Notes under the pieces: model-generated | What the model was told of the DNA's origin: nothing | The model's input: only the letters and a program-made list of their open reading frames with translations | The model's database searches: none | In this document: positions 1-12,545 of the stretch, piece after piece | How positions within the stretch are numbered: position 1 is the first letter of the stretch | Layout of the letters: each line of letters begins with the position of its first letter | DNA from: an uncultured delta proteobacterium | GTDB taxonomy: Bacteria; Myxococcota; Myxococcia; SLRQ01 | Length of the DNA: 64,000 nt | Direction of reading: 5' to 3' | Assembly (NCBI GenBank): GCA_963727485.1 | Contig: CAVSGM010000011.1 | Location: 608,001 to 672,000 of the forward strand | Program-made: the position numbers and the translations under genes

Positions 1-368
1 TGACCCGGATTCGCAACGGTCTCACGGCTCGGCACGACAAGACGGTGATGCCCGCCAGCAAGCTGAAGCTGGCCGTGGCCCAGATCCTCAAGGAGGAGGG
101 CTACATCACCGACGTCGTCAAGCACGACGAGGGCCCCCAGGGCAGCATCTCGATCATGCTCAAGTACGGCCCCGACGGCGAGCCGGCGATCCGCTTCCTC
201 CAGCGGGCCAGCAAGCCCAGCCGGCGCTACTACGTGAAGAAGGGCGAGATCCCCCGGGTCCTCTCCGGGATGGGCGTCGCCATCGTTTCCACCTCGCAGG
301 GCGTCATGGCCGGGCGGGACGCCCGGAAGAAGGGCGTCGGCGGCGAGGTGCTCTGCACCGTCTACTAG
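1..368 (+). CDS. rpsH: 30S ribosomal protein S8 (5' partial)
   Basis: Frame from base 3 reads TRIRNG...PASKLK...SKPSRRYY...IVSTSQGVM...GGEVLCTVY; start lies upstream of the window. Confidence 0.97.
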   Translation, partial: TRIRNGLTARHDKTVMPASKLKLAVAQILKEEGYITDVVKHDEGPQGSISIMLKYGPDGEPAIRFLQRASKPSRRYYVKKGEIPRVLSGMGVAIVSTSQGVMAGRDARKKGVGGEVLCTVY

Positions 369-383
369 GAAGGGCTGAAAGTC

Positions 384-920
384 ATGTCCCGCATCGGCAA
401 GAAGCCCATCGACCTCCCCGAGAAGACCAAGGCGTCGCTCGCCGGCACCATGGTCTCCGTGGAGGGTCCCAAGGGCAAGCTCACCGTCGAGGTGAGCCCC
501 AAGATGAAGATCAACCTCGAAGCCCAGGTCATCGTGGTCGAGCGGCCCGACGACTCTCGTGAGGCGCGAGCCCTCCACGGGCTCACCCGGGCGCTGCTGG
601 CCAACGCCGTTCACGGCGTGTCCGAGGGCTTCGTCCGCGAGCTCGAGATCAACGGCGTCGGCTACCGCGCCGAGGCCAAGGGCAAGCAGATCAACCTGAC
701 CCTTGGCTACAGCCACCCGGTGGTCTACGACCTCCCCGAGGGCGTGACCGCCAAGACCCCGGCCCCGACCAAGATCATCCTCGAGAGCGCCGACAAGCAG
801 GCCCTGGGGATGGCGGCGTCGCAGGTCCGGATGCTTCGCCCCCCGGAGCCCTACAAGGGCAAGGGGATCAAGTACGCCGAAGAGCACATCCGCAGGAAGG
901 TCGGCAAGACCGGTGCCTAA
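384..920 (+). CDS. rplF: 50S ribosomal protein L6
   Basis: MSRIGKKPI, GVGYRA, PEPYKGKGIKY motifs; spc operon order. Confidence 0.98.
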   Translation: MSRIGKKPIDLPEKTKASLAGTMVSVEGPKGKLTVEVSPKMKINLEAQVIVVERPDDSREARALHGLTRALLANAVHGVSEGFVRELEINGVGYRAEAKGKQINLTLGYSHPVVYDLPEGVTAKTPAPTKIILESADKQALGMAASQVRMLRPPEPYKGKGIKYAEEHIRRKVGKTGA

Positions 921-993
921 CACCCCGCGGGCCCCCGAAGATCGGCGCCCAGGCGCGCCGGTATCGGGGCCCCCAAGCGGGTAGGAGAAAGAA

Positions 994-1347
994 ATGGCGC
1001 TTTCCAAGCTCGAAGCCAGGCTCCGCCGCAAGCGGCGCATCCGCAAGAAGATGTCCGGGACCGCCGAGAAGCCCCGCCTCTCGGTGTACCGGAGCCTCAA
1101 CCACATCTACGCCCAGGTGATCGACGACGACGCCGGGGTCACCATCGTCTCCGCCTCCTCGCTGGCCAAGGGCTTCGACGGCTCCGGCTCCAAGAAGGAG
1201 AAGGCGACCCGCGTGGGTGCCCTCGTCGCCGAGCGCTGCAAGGCCAAGGGCATCAAGCAGGTCGTCTTCGATTGCGGCGGCTACCTCTACCATGGCCGGG
1301 TCCAGGCGGTCGCCGACGCGGCCCGCGAGGCCGGACTGGAGTTCTAG
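994..1347 (+). CDS. rplR: 50S ribosomal protein L18
   Basis: [38 protein letters not shown]. Confidence 0.98.
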   Translation: MALSKLEARLRRKRRIRKKMSGTAEKPRLSVYRSLNHIYAQVIDDDAGVTIVSASSLAKGFDGSGSKKEKATRVGALVAERCKAKGIKQVVFDCGGYLYHGRVQAVADAAREAGLEF

Positions 1348-1348
1348 T

Positions 1349-1936
<588 letters not shown>

Positions 1937-1937
1937 G

Positions 1938-2120
1938 ATGGCGCTCAAGGTCACCCAGGTTCGTTCCAGCTCCGGCGCCACCGCGCGCCAGCGTCAGACC
2001 CTCACCGGTCTCGGGCTCGGCCGTATCGGCAAGACCCGGAAGGTGAAGGATGACGCCCCCACCAGGGGGATGATCGCCAAGGTCGCCCACCTGATCCACG
2101 TCGAAGAGGTGTCGGAATGA
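1938..2120 (+). CDS. rpmD: 50S ribosomal protein L30
   Basis: MALKVTQVRS...TLTGLGL...RGMIAKVAHL; between rpsE and rplO. Confidence 0.95.
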   Translation: MALKVTQVRSSSGATARQRQTLTGLGLGRIGKTRKVKDDAPTRGMIAKVAHLIHVEEVSE

Positions 2121-2578
2121 AGCTCTCCGAGCTCAAGGCCCCCAAGGGCGCCAACAAGGACCGCAAGCGCGTCGGCCGCGGTCGGGGCTCCGGCCTCGGC
2201 AAGACCGCGGGTCGCGGCGGCAAGGGCCAGAAGGCCCGCGTGGGCAACATGAACTTCGGCGGCTTCGAGGGTGGCCAGATCCCCCTCCAGCGCCGGCTCC
2301 CCAAGATCGGCTTCCGGCACGCCGGCAAGCAGTTCACCGAGGTGAACGTTGCCGAGCTCGAGACCCGCTTCGAGGATGGCGGCGTGGTGGACCTCGACGC
2401 GCTCAAGGCCATGCGCGTGGTGCGCAAGGTCGGCGACGGCGTGAAGGTCCTCGGTCGCGGCGAGATCACCCGGAAGCTGACGGTGAAGGTGCAGGCCATC
2501 AGCGCCAGCGCCCGGGAGAAGATCGAGAAGGCGGGCGGCACCGTCGAGATCGTCGCCCTCCCCAACGCGCGCAGCTAG
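2117..2578 (+). CDS. rplO: 50S ribosomal protein L15
   Basis: RVGRGRGSGLGKTAGRGGKGQKAR, FEGGQIPLQRRLPK. Confidence 0.98.
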   Translation: MKLSELKAPKGANKDRKRVGRGRGSGLGKTAGRGGKGQKARVGNMNFGGFEGGQIPLQRRLPKIGFRHAGKQFTEVNVAELETRFEDGGVVDLDALKAMRVVRKVGDGVKVLGRGEITRKLTVKVQAISASAREKIEKAGGTVEIVALPNARS

Positions 2579-2593
2579 CAAGGCGGTCCCAAA

Positions 2594-3910
<1,317 letters not shown>

Positions 3911-3912
3911 CC

Positions 3913-4569
3913 ATGGTGACCCGACTCATCCTCTTCGGCCCTCCAGGGGCCGGCAAGGGCACCCAGGCGAGGCGCCTGGTCGAGTCCCTGGGGATCCCCC
4001 AGATCTCCACCGGGGACATCCTCAGGCAGGCCAAGGCCGAGGGGACGCCCATGGGCCAGAAGGCCGCCGAGTACATGAACGCCGGCAAGCTGGTCCCCGA
4101 CGAGGTGGTGGTCGGCATCGTCGAGGAGCGCCTGGAGAAGGACGACGCCAAGGGTGGGTGGATCCTCGACGGATTCCCCCGGACCCTGCCGCAGGCCGAG
4201 GCCCTCGATGCCATGCTCGCCGGCCGGGGCGAGGCCATCGACCGGGTCCTCTCCCTGGAGGTCCCCGACGAGCCCATCGTGGCGCGCCTCTCCGGGCGGC
4301 GGAGCTGCCCCGAGTGCAAGGCGGGCTACCACGTGACCTTCGATCCCCCCGCCAAGGAGGGGATCTGCAACGAGTGTGGCACGGCCCTCATCCAGCGTGA
4401 TGACGACCGGCCTGAAGCCATCCGCGAGCGTCTGACGACCTTCCACGATCAGACGGCGCCGCTGACGCAGTACTACGAGAACAAGGGCCTCCTGGCCCGG
4501 GTGGACGGCGAGGGGGACATCGACGAGGTGTCCCGCCGCATCCAGTCGGCGCTGGGGGGAGAAGCCTAG
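3913..4569 (+). CDS. adk: Adenylate kinase with Zn-binding lid
   Basis: [25 protein letters not shown], lid CPEC...CNEC; ATG at 3913. Confidence 0.97.
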   Translation: MVTRLILFGPPGAGKGTQARRLVESLGIPQISTGDILRQAKAEGTPMGQKAAEYMNAGKLVPDEVVVGIVEERLEKDDAKGGWILDGFPRTLPQAEALDAMLAGRGEAIDRVLSLEVPDEPIVARLSGRRSCPECKAGYHVTFDPPAKEGICNECGTALIQRDDDRPEAIRERLTTFHDQTAPLTQYYENKGLLARVDGEGDIDEVSRRIQSALGGEA

Positions 4570-4574
4570 AAGAG

Positions 4575-4603
4575 TTGCGTCTCTGGGGCGGGGCTGCTAT
4601 AAG
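4575..4603 (+). promoter_or_regulatory. Sigma70-type promoter upstream of rpmJ/alpha operon
   Basis: TTGCGT-17 nt-TATAAG with extended -10 TG; AT-rich spot in a GC-rich background. Confidence 0.6.
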
Positions 4604-4634
4604 CCGCCGCTTTCCAGGGGCCCGGAGTCCAGTC

Positions 4635-4751
4635 ATGAAGGTACGCGCATCAGTCCGGAAGATTTGCAACCGGTGCAAGATCATTCGCCGCCGTGGGGTG
4701 GTCCGTGTGATCTGCAGCGCCAACCCTCGCCACAAGCAGCGCCAGGGCTGA
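4635..4751 (+). CDS. rpmJ: 50S ribosomal protein L36 (Zn-ribbon form); not in the ORF track
   Basis: Hand translation [38 protein letters not shown]. Confidence 0.97.
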   Translation: MKVRASVRKICNRCKIIRRRGVVRVICSANPRHKQRQG

Positions 4752-4785
4752 GAAGCCCGCCAACGGCGCAGACCGAGGTAGCACC

Positions 4786-5151
4786 ATGGCCCGTATTGCC
4801 GGCATCGATCTGCCGCGCGAAAAGCGGATTGAGATCAGCCTCACCTACATCTACGGCATCGGCCGCCACATGGCGGGCGAGGTGCTGAAGGTGGCGAAGG
4901 TGGATCCCAATACCCGTACCCAGGACCTCCACGACGACGAGGTTCGTCGTATCCGTGACGCCATCGAACAGACCGTCAAGGTCGAGGGCGACTTGCGGCG
5001 CGAGGTCAACATGAACATCAAGCGGCTGATGGACCTGGGCTGCTACCGGGGCTTGCGCCACCGCAAGGGTCTCCCGGTCCGCGGTCAGCGCACCCATACC
5101 AATGCCCGCACCCGCAAGGGTCCCCGCCGCGGCGTTGCCCGCAGGAAGTAG
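4786..5151 (+). CDS. rpsM: 30S ribosomal protein S13
   Basis: [28 protein letters not shown]. Confidence 0.98.
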   Translation: MARIAGIDLPREKRIEISLTYIYGIGRHMAGEVLKVAKVDPNTRTQDLHDDEVRRIRDAIEQTVKVEGDLRREVNMNIKRLMDLGCYRGLRHRKGLPVRGQRTHTNARTRKGPRRGVARRK

Positions 5152-5161
5152 GTGAGGCGAG

Positions 5162-5545
<384 letters not shown>

Positions 5546-5552
5546 GGTCCAC

Positions 5553-6179
5553 ATGGCACGTTACGTCGAGTCGGTCTGCCGCCTGTGCCGGCGCGAGAAC
5601 CTGAAGATGTATCTCAAGGGTGATCGCTGCTACAGCGACAAGTGCGCCATCGAGCGCCGCCCCTACCCGCCGGGCCAGCACGGCCAGGCGCGGCACAAGT
5701 TCTCCGAGTACGGGGTGCAGCTCCGCGAGAAGCAGAAGGTCAAGCGGATGTACGGCCTCCTGGAGAAGCAGTTCCGTGGCTACTACGTGAAGGCCGCCCG
5801 GAAGAAGGGCAAGACCGGCGACAACCTCCTCCAGATCCTGGAGCAGCGCCTGGACAACGTGGTCTTCCGCCTCGGCTTCTCCGACACCCGCGCCGAGGCC
5901 CGGCAGCTGGTGCGCCACGGGCACGTGCGCGTGGGTGGCCGCAAGGTCAACATCCCCTCGTACCAGGTGAAGCCGGGCATGGGGATCTCCATCCGGGAGA
6001 AGAGCCAGAAGAACCTCCGCGTCAACGCCGCCCTCGAGGCGGTGGAGCGCCGCGGGATCCCTGGCTGGCTCGAGCTGGACAAGGGCAACTTCGCGGGCAA
6101 GATCGTCTCGGCGCCTGCCCGCGAGGACATCACCATGCCCATCCAGGAGAGCCTCATCGTCGAGCTCTACTCCAAGTAG
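5553..6179 (+). CDS. rpsD: 30S ribosomal protein S4 (Cys-containing form)
   Basis: [33 protein letters not shown]. Confidence 0.98.
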   Translation: MARYVESVCRLCRRENLKMYLKGDRCYSDKCAIERRPYPPGQHGQARHKFSEYGVQLREKQKVKRMYGLLEKQFRGYYVKAARKKGKTGDNLLQILEQRLDNVVFRLGFSDTRAEARQLVRHGHVRVGGRKVNIPSYQVKPGMGISIREKSQKNLRVNAALEAVERRGIPGWLELDKGNFAGKIVSAPAREDITMPIQESLIVELYSK

Positions 6180-6275
6180 GCCTCGGTCAGTCGTCCCTTT
6201 CGTCGTAACTCTCACCCTCACGTGGCAGGAGTTGCCGCGGCCACGCCGCGGAGAACGCCGTGGAGGTCACTGGAC

Positions 6276-7313
6276 ATGGCAGACGCAGTTGTCGCCAAGA
6301 ATTGGCGTGATTTGATCAAGCCCCGCGGGCTGGTGGTGGACAAGGACTCCCTCACCGGCACCTACGGGAAGTTCGTGGCGGAGCCCCTGGAGCGGGGCTT
6401 CGGCATCACCATCGGGAACTCGCTGCGGCGGGTGCTGCTCTCGTCCCTCCAGGGCGCGGCCATCACCTCGGTGCGCATCGAGGGGGTGGAGCACGAGTTC
6501 ACCACCATCCCCGAGGTCGTCGAGGACGTCACCGACATCATCCTCAACCTCAAGGAGGTCCTCCTCCGCTCCGACACCCTCGAGCCGAAGATCCTTCGGA
6601 TCGAGGCCGACGGGCCCAAGGAGATCAAGGCCGGTGACATCATCACCGACCCGGCCGTCGAGGTCCTCAACCCCGACCACCACATCTGCACCATCTCCCA
6701 GGGCGGGAAGGTGCGGATGGAGATGGTGTGCAAGAAGGGGCGTGGCTACGTCCCTGCCGACCAGAACAAGACCGAGGGCGACCCCATCGGGACCATCCCC
6801 ATCGACTCCCTGTTCTCGCCGGTGAAGAAGGTCAACTACAACGTGACCAACGCCCGCGTGGGCCAGCGCACCGACTACGACCGGCTCATCCTCGAGCTGT
6901 GGACCGACGGCTCGGTGACCCCCCAGGACGCGGTCGCCTACGCGGCGAAGATCATCAAGGATCAGCTCTCGATCTTCATCAACTTCGATGAGACCGAAGA
7001 GGCGATCCCCTACGAGATGCCCGAGGAGGGCGTGGAGCAGGACAAGCTCTACGAGACCCTGCTCCGGTCCGTCGACGAGCTCGAGCTCTCGGTGCGCTCG
7101 GCCAACTGCCTCCAGAACGCCAACATCAAGACCATTGGCGACCTGGTGCAGAAGACCGAGGCCGAGATGCTCAAGACCAAGAACTTCGGGCGCAAGTCCC
7201 TCAAGGAGATCAAGGAGATCCTGGCCGAGATGGGTCTCTCCCTGGGGATGAAGCTCGACAACTGGCCGCCGAAGAGCGGTGGCGCCCCCGAGCAGGCCAG
7301 CGAGCCTGCGTAG
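6276..7313 (+). CDS. rpoA: DNA-directed RNA polymerase subunit alpha
   Basis: [44 protein letters not shown] 6276 with upstream GGAGG. Confidence 0.98.
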   Translation: MADAVVAKNWRDLIKPRGLVVDKDSLTGTYGKFVAEPLERGFGITIGNSLRRVLLSSLQGAAITSVRIEGVEHEFTTIPEVVEDVTDIILNLKEVLLRSDTLEPKILRIEADGPKEIKAGDIITDPAVEVLNPDHHICTISQGGKVRMEMVCKKGRGYVPADQNKTEGDPIGTIPIDSLFSPVKKVNYNVTNARVGQRTDYDRLILELWTDGSVTPQDAVAYAAKIIKDQLSIFINFDETEEAIPYEMPEEGVEQDKLYETLLRSVDELELSVRSANCLQNANIKTIGDLVQKTEAEMLKTKNFGRKSLKEIKEILAEMGLSLGMKLDNWPPKSGGAPEQASEPA

Positions 7314-7331
7314 GCGGCGACGGAGTCCCTC

Positions 7332-7682
7332 ATGCGTCACCAGAACACCGGCCGTAAGCTCAACCGGACCAGCAGCCACCGGAAGGCGATGTTCGCCAAC
7401 ATGGCCACCTCGCTCTTCGAGCACGAGCGGATCCGGACCACCGACGCCAAGGCCAAGGAGATCCGCCGAGTGGCGGAGAAGCTCGTGACCCTGGCCAAGA
7501 GGGGTGACGTCTCCGCCCGGCGGCTGGTCGCCCGCACCGTGCGGGACCCCGAGGTCCTCAAGAAGCTCTTCGACGACATCGGGCCCCGCTACGCCGAGCG
7601 GGCCGGGGGCTACACCCGGATCGTCAAGATCGGGCCCCGGGCGGGCGACAACGCCCCCATGAGCCTGATCGAGCTGGTCTAG
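7332..7682 (+). CDS. rplQ: 50S ribosomal protein L17
   Basis: MRHQ...[25 protein letters not shown]. Confidence 0.98.
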   Translation: MRHQNTGRKLNRTSSHRKAMFANMATSLFEHERIRTTDAKAKEIRRVAEKLVTLAKRGDVSARRLVARTVRDPEVLKKLFDDIGPRYAERAGGYTRIVKIGPRAGDNAPMSLIELV

Positions 7683-7733
7683 GGCCAACCCGGCTCCAGC
7701 TCCGGCAATCGGACCCGGCCCGCAGCGGGCCGG

Positions 7734-7776
7734 ACACAGCGGCGCCTTTCCGAGAGGGGAGGCGCCGTGTGTTTTG
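7734..7776 (+). terminator. Rho-independent terminator of the alpha operon
   Basis: Stem acacagcggcgcctttcc / ggggaggcgccgtgtgt with GAGA loop followed by a T run. Confidence 0.7.
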
Positions 7777-7806
7777 TCCGGCGGGGGGTCAAGGTAGGAT
7801 GGCGGG

Positions 7807-9675
7807 GTGCGGCTCTCGCTCCGCCTCATGGGCATCCTGGCCCTGGCCGCGGTGGTCCCCCTGGTGGTGGCCGGGCTCCTGCTCACCTCCGTGAGCCGGC
7901 GCGCCCTGGAGAAGCAGGTGCGGGCGTCCCAGCTCGCCGCCGCCACCGGGATCGCCGACGCCACCGACCAGTGGCTGGGCCAGGTCCTCGGGCGCCTCGA
8001 GCTCTCCGGAGACCTCTTCGACCTCGCCCACATGGACGCCGCCGCCCGGACCGGCGCCCTCCGGGTGGTCTACCGCCAGCTCGATTCGGTGGACGTGGTG
8101 GGCCTCTATGACGCCAAGGGCAAGGCGGTGGTGCCGCCCGTGTATCTCGCCCACGCGGTCCGCGACGATCCCCACCTGCCGGTGAGCGCCGCGGGCCTCG
8201 CCCGGTTTCGGAAGCGGGCACCCCTCGAGCGGGCCCGGCAACTGGGGCTGGGCGTGGGGCAGGCCTATCTCTCCGAGCGCCGTCACGTGGTGCTCCTCCC
8301 GGTGGCGGTGAGAGTGGGGGTCGCCGGGCAGCCCTGGGTCCTGGCGGTGGAGCTGACCCTTCGGCCTCTGGAGCGGCTGGTGGCGCGGGTCCCGGCCCGG
8401 GATGTGGGCACCGCCTACCTGGTGGACCGGCAGGGCCGCATCCTCGCCCACCCCGATGGGACGCGCTTCCTCGAGCCGAGCGCCTACCCGAACCTGGCGT
8501 CGGTCCTCGCCCGGGGCAGCGGCGGCGTCACCCGCTACGGTCACCGGGGGCACCGGCTCCTGGCGGCCTCGGCGCCCCTGCGCCAGGCGCCCTGGGTGGC
8601 GGTGGTGGAGCGGCCCGAGGCGGAGGCCTTCGCCTCGGTGAACGCCATGGGACGGCGGATCCTGCTCATCATCGCCCTGGCCCTGGGCTTCGCCCTCCTG
8701 GTGGGTCTCCTGCTCTCCAGGGGCATCTCCCGGCCCCTGGCGCTCACCGCCGACCGGGCCCGGGCCATCGCCGGCGGCGACCTGGGCCAGCGCCTCCCCG
8801 AGACCGGCGCCACCGAGGTCCGGGACCTGGCCACCGCGTTCAACGCCATGACCACCGAGCTCGCCCGCTCCCGGGCCGAGATCGAGGGCTTCAACCGCCA
8901 GCTCCAGCAGCGTGTGGCCGAGCGGACCGCCGAGCTCAAGCAGGCCCAGGCGGAGCTCCTCCAGAGCCGGAAGCTCGCCGCCATCGGCGAGCTCGGCGCC
9001 GGGGTGGCCCACGAGCTCAACAACCCGCTCACCGGGATCCTGGGGATGGCCCAGCTGGTCCTCCGCAAGCGGCCCGAGGGGGACCCGGAGCGCAAGTTCC
9101 TCGAGCGCATCGAGGCCGACGCCAAGCGCTGCCGGGAGGTGACCATGAACCTCCTGCGCTTCTCCGAGCAGGGGGACGAGTCGATCCTCGCCGACGCCGA
9201 CGCCAACGCCGTGGCCCGGAGCGCCGTGGCCCTCCAGCAATCCCTCCTCGAGCGCCGGGGGGTATCGGTGGTCCTGGAGCTCGACGAGGCCCTCCCGGAG
9301 ATCCGGGCCGACGCCGCCCAGCTCCAGCAGGTGGTCATGAACCTCCTCTCCAACGCCGCCCACGCCACCCCCGAGGGGGGACGGGTCACTGTGCGCAGCC
9401 AGAGCGACGGGGTCTTCGTGCACCTGATCGTCTCGGACAACGGCCGGGGGATCCCCAAGGCCAACCTCGATCGGATCTTCGAGCCCTTCTTCACCACCAA
9501 GGAGGACTGGCGTGGCGCCGGGCTGGGCCTCTCGGTGGCCTACCAAATCGTCCAGGCCCATCACGGCACCCTCCAGGTGGAGAGCGCGCCGGGGCAGGGG
9601 GCCACCTTCACCGTGAGCCTCCCCATCCCCGCGGCCCGGGCGGTGGCGGCCAGCGACGACGCGGCCCGGGGGTAG
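7807..9675 (+). CDS. Membrane sensor histidine kinase (Cache-like, HAMP, HisKA, HATPase)
   Basis: Two TM segments, HAMP, H-box AHELNNPL, N-box NLLSNA, G1 [18 protein letters not shown]. Confidence 0.93.
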   Translation: MRLSLRLMGILALAAVVPLVVAGLLLTSVSRRALEKQVRASQLAAATGIADATDQWLGQVLGRLELSGDLFDLAHMDAAARTGALRVVYRQLDSVDVVGLYDAKGKAVVPPVYLAHAVRDDPHLPVSAAGLARFRKRAPLERARQLGLGVGQAYLSERRHVVLLPVAVRVGVAGQPWVLAVELTLRPLERLVARVPARDVGTAYLVDRQGRILAHPDGTRFLEPSAYPNLASVLARGSGGVTRYGHRGHRLLAASAPLRQAPWVAVVERPEAEAFASVNAMGRRILLIIALALGFALLVGLLLSRGISRPLALTADRARAIAGGDLGQRLPETGATEVRDLATAFNAMTTELARSRAEIEGFNRQLQQRVAERTAELKQAQAELLQSRKLAAIGELGAGVAHELNNPLTGILGMAQLVLRKRPEGDPERKFLERIEADAKRCREVTMNLLRFSEQGDESILADADANAVARSAVALQQSLLERRGVSVVLELDEALPEIRADAAQLQQVVMNLLSNAAHATPEGGRVTVRSQSDGVFVHLIVSDNGRGIPKANLDRIFEPFFTTKEDWRGAGLGLSVAYQIVQAHHGTLQVESAPGQGATFTVSLPIPAARAVAASDDAARG

Positions 9676-9711
9676 GGCGCCAGCGACGACGCGGCCCGGG
9701 GGTAGGGCGCC
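9649..9711 (+). repeat. Perfect 30-bp tandem duplication spanning the kinase stop codon
   Basis: gccagcgacgacgcggcccgggggtagggc occurs twice, head to tail. Confidence 0.95.
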
Positions 9712-9792
9712 GGAACCGGCGTCGGTGTGGGCGCAGGGCACCGACGCACGCGCCGGCTTTCTGCGCCGGTCCGCCTGGGGTACCATGAACCC

Positions 9793-10689
9793 GTGAGCCG
9801 ACGCCTCGCCCATTGGTGGACCGGGATCTGCCTGGCCCTCGCCGCGGCGGCCGTAGGCGTGACCGCGTGGGTGTGGCCGGCCGCGGCGCCCGCCGCCGCG
9901 CCGGTGAAGACCCACGGGGTGGTGGCGGCGTCGGTGGTGGGCCAGGTCGAGGTCCGCCACGCCGGTGGCGCCTGGGAGCGCCTCAAGCCCCAGCGCCACC
10001 TGGTCCGGGGCGACGAGCTGCGCACCGGTGACTTCAGCGAGGTGGTCCTCCTCGGGCACAACGGCTCCAGCCTGGTCATCTCCCCGAACACCCGGTTCGA
10101 CATCGGCGCCGACGGCGCCGACGTCTCGCGGTTCACCCTGGGGACCGGCAAGGTCGCCGCCGACATCCGGCGGCGCAAGCGCACCTACGAGTTCGGTGCC
10201 GGTGGCGGTGAGGCCCGCGCCGACACCCGGGGCGGCGAGTTCAGCCTGACCGCCGACGGCAAGGGCCTCCTGGGCGTCGTGACCCGCCGGGGCAAGGTCG
10301 GCCTCTCCGCGAAGGGCAAGCGGGTGGTGGTCCCGGCCGGCAAGCAGGCCGTGGCCCTCCCCGGCGCCGCCCCGGGCGATCCCCTGCCCATCCCCGAGGA
10401 CGTCTTCCTCCAGGTGAAGTGGCCCAAGCGCCCCACCGACGCCGACACCGTGGCCGTCGCCGGTCGCACCGACACCGGCGCCCGGGTGCGCGTCGGGGGC
10501 AAGACCATCCCGGTCGGCCCCGACGGCCGGTTCCACCTCGACCTCCCGCTCAAAGAGGGGAAGAACCACTTCGTGGTCTCGGCGGTGGATGCCGCCGGCA
10601 ACAATCGCCGGGTGACCAGCCCCGACATCGAGCGCCGCACCAGACGGCCGAGCCTCGAGCTCAAGACCAAGGGCAGCATCTGGGAGTGA
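9793..10689 (+). CDS. FecR-domain protein with N-terminal TM/signal and C-terminal Ig-like domain
   Basis: GDELRTG...ISPNTRF...ADTRGGEF FecR pattern; C-terminal LPLKEGKNHFVVSAVDAAGN; GTG start at 9793 inferred. Confidence 0.75.
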   Translation: MSRRLAHWWTGICLALAAAAVGVTAWVWPAAAPAAAPVKTHGVVAASVVGQVEVRHAGGAWERLKPQRHLVRGDELRTGDFSEVVLLGHNGSSLVISPNTRFDIGADGADVSRFTLGTGKVAADIRRRKRTYEFGAGGGEARADTRGGEFSLTADGKGLLGVVTRRGKVGLSAKGKRVVVPAGKQAVALPGAAPGDPLPIPEDVFLQVKWPKRPTDADTVAVAGRTDTGARVRVGGKTIPVGPDGRFHLDLPLKEGKNHFVVSAVDAAGNNRRVTSPDIERRTRRPSLELKTKGSIWE

Positions 10690-11471
10690 TCTTGGCCGAC
10701 GACGCACGGGACCGGGAAGCCCTCGAGGCGGAGCTCGCGCGCTGCCGAGCCATGCTGCTCCAGTCGGCGAAGCTCGCCGAGCTCGGTCAGCAGGTGGCGA
10801 GCCTGGTCCACGAGATGAACCAGCCGCTCCTGGGCATCAAGGCCTTCGCCCAGATGCTCAAGAAGGAGCTGGACGGCGACGAGTCGGCGCGCCGCAAGGC
10901 CACCTTCATCGAGGAGCAGGCCATCGTCCTCGAGCGGATGGCCGCCCGGGTGCGCCGTCACAGCCGACGCGCCGACACCAATCCCACGGCCACCGTGTCC
11001 GTCCCCAAGGCGGTGGAGGGCGTGCTCACCCTCTTGAGCCACCGGGTGCGCAAGGCCGGGGTGCTGACCGAGGTGGACCTCGTCGAGGGCCTGCCCCCGG
11101 CGCGGATGAGCGGCCTGCACATGCAGCAGCTCCTGGTGAACCTGGTGGGCAACGCCGCCGACGCCCTCAAGGGCACCGAGGATCGCCGGGTGCGCATCCT
11201 CGGGCGCCGCGACGGCGACGGGGTGCGGCTGGTGATCGCAGACAGCGGCCCCGGGATCCCCGACGACGTGCGGGAGAACATCTTCGAGCCGTTCTTCACC
11301 ACCAAGGATCCGCAGCACGGCACCGGCCTGGGGCTGCCGATCACCTTGGAGATCGTAAGGGCCTATGGAGGCACCCTCGAGGTGCGATGCGGCGACGCCG
11401 CGAAGGCCGTGGCCGGCGACGGCATGATGACCGCGTTCGAGATCCGGCTGCCGGGGGCGGCCGGCGGCTGA
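10686..11471 (+). CDS. Cytoplasmic histidine kinase lacking a sensor domain
   Basis: [41 protein letters not shown] overlap with upstream gene. Confidence 0.9.
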   Translation: MILADDARDREALEAELARCRAMLLQSAKLAELGQQVASLVHEMNQPLLGIKAFAQMLKKELDGDESARRKATFIEEQAIVLERMAARVRRHSRRADTNPTATVSVPKAVEGVLTLLSHRVRKAGVLTEVDLVEGLPPARMSGLHMQQLLVNLVGNAADALKGTEDRRVRILGRRDGDGVRLVIADSGPGIPDDVRENIFEPFFTTKDPQHGTGLGLPITLEIVRAYGGTLEVRCGDAAKAVAGDGMMTAFEIRLPGAAGG

Positions 11472-11481
11472 CGGAGGAGAC

Positions 11482-11940
11482 ATGGCGGAGACCAAGCAGA
11501 TCCTGATCGTCGACGACGAGGAGGCGGTGAACACCGTCCTCGGCGAGCTCCTCGGCAGCGCCGGCTACGAGGTCACCTTCGCCACCACCTGCGGCGACGG
11601 CCTCGACCTCCTCGCCGACCGGCGCTTCGACCTGGTGATCGCCGACAAGAACCTCCCGGACCAGACGGGGATGGAGATCGTGCGCCAGGCCCGGAAGGCC
11701 GAGGACGGTCCCGAGGCCATCATGATCACCGCCTATGCCTCCCTGGAGACCGCCATCGAGGCCATGGACCTTGGGGCCCGGGGGTACATCCTCAAGCCCT
11801 TCGAGGACATCGACGAGGTGCTGGAGAAGGTCCAGAAGGTCCTCGCCGCCGCCGAGGAGCGCCAGAAGATGAAGGGGCTCATCGAGCAGCTCCGCCGGAG
11901 CAACGACGCCGCCGCCGGGAAGCGTGGGGGCGGGGACTAG
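11482..11940 (+). CDS. Response regulator (receiver domain plus short tail)
   Basis: ILIVDDE, DLVIADKNLPD, MITAYAS, YILKPF. Confidence 0.92.
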   Translation: MAETKQILIVDDEEAVNTVLGELLGSAGYEVTFATTCGDGLDLLADRRFDLVIADKNLPDQTGMEIVRQARKAEDGPEAIMITAYASLETAIEAMDLGARGYILKPFEDIDEVLEKVQKVLAAAEERQKMKGLIEQLRRSNDAAAGKRGGGD

Positions 11941-12012
11941 GAGGTCGCCCGGGGGCGGGGAGTGCGCCCGCCCGGCCCCGCCCGGCCCCGCCAGGGTCCA
12001 CCGCGGCGGGGC

Positions 12013-12480
12013 CTACCGGCGCCCGTGGAGGCGCTTGGTGTAGCTCGCCTGGGCGGTGCGCACGGTCACCGCCCGGGGCATGAAGTCCCGCCGAGGCCGC
12101 TCGGGGCGCCCCCGGGGCCCGGGTCGCTGGAACTCGGTGATGGCGAGCGACATCCCGTCGCCCGGGCGGACGTTCGCCTGGCGGTGGATCCAGCCGCCGG
12201 GGGCGAGGGTCACCGTCACGTCCTCCCAGACCGACTGGCCATGGTTCTGGATGTTGAAGGCGGTGCCGACGACGGTGGGCACCACGGTGATCGAGGCGCC
12301 GAGGTCGTTGTGCTCACCGCCGGTGAGGGCGAAGGCCACCGCGAGCGCCGAGAGCACCACCCAGCCGGACACCACCGCCACCCGCCACTTGAAGTACGGG
12401 CTCGAGCGTCGGAAGCCGCCGAGGAGCTCCCCGGCGTCTGGGCCGGCGCTGCCCGTGGCCTCGGCTGTGGGGGTCGCCAT
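12013..12480 (-). CDS. Hypothetical single-TM membrane protein
   Basis: ATG 12480 with GGAGG RBS; hydrophobic VAVVSGWVVLSALAVAFAL followed by a beta-rich domain. Confidence 0.6.
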   Translation of the reverse strand: MATPTAEATGSAGPDAGELLGGFRRSSPYFKWRVAVVSGWVVLSALAVAFALTGGEHNDLGASITVVPTVVGTAFNIQNHGQSVWEDVTVTLAPGGWIHRQANVRPGDGMSLAITEFQRPGPRGRPERPRRDFMPRAVTVRTAQASYTKRLHGRR

Positions 12481-12545
12481 GACCTCCGAGGATAGGAGAG
12501 CGGGCCGGGGCCCCGCAAGCGCCACGGTCCGCCCGGGGCCGGAGC

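Noticed and set aside
9649..9711. CRISPR array or attachment site
   Set aside because: Only two abutting copies with no spacer, and no cas, integrase or tRNA gene nearby.
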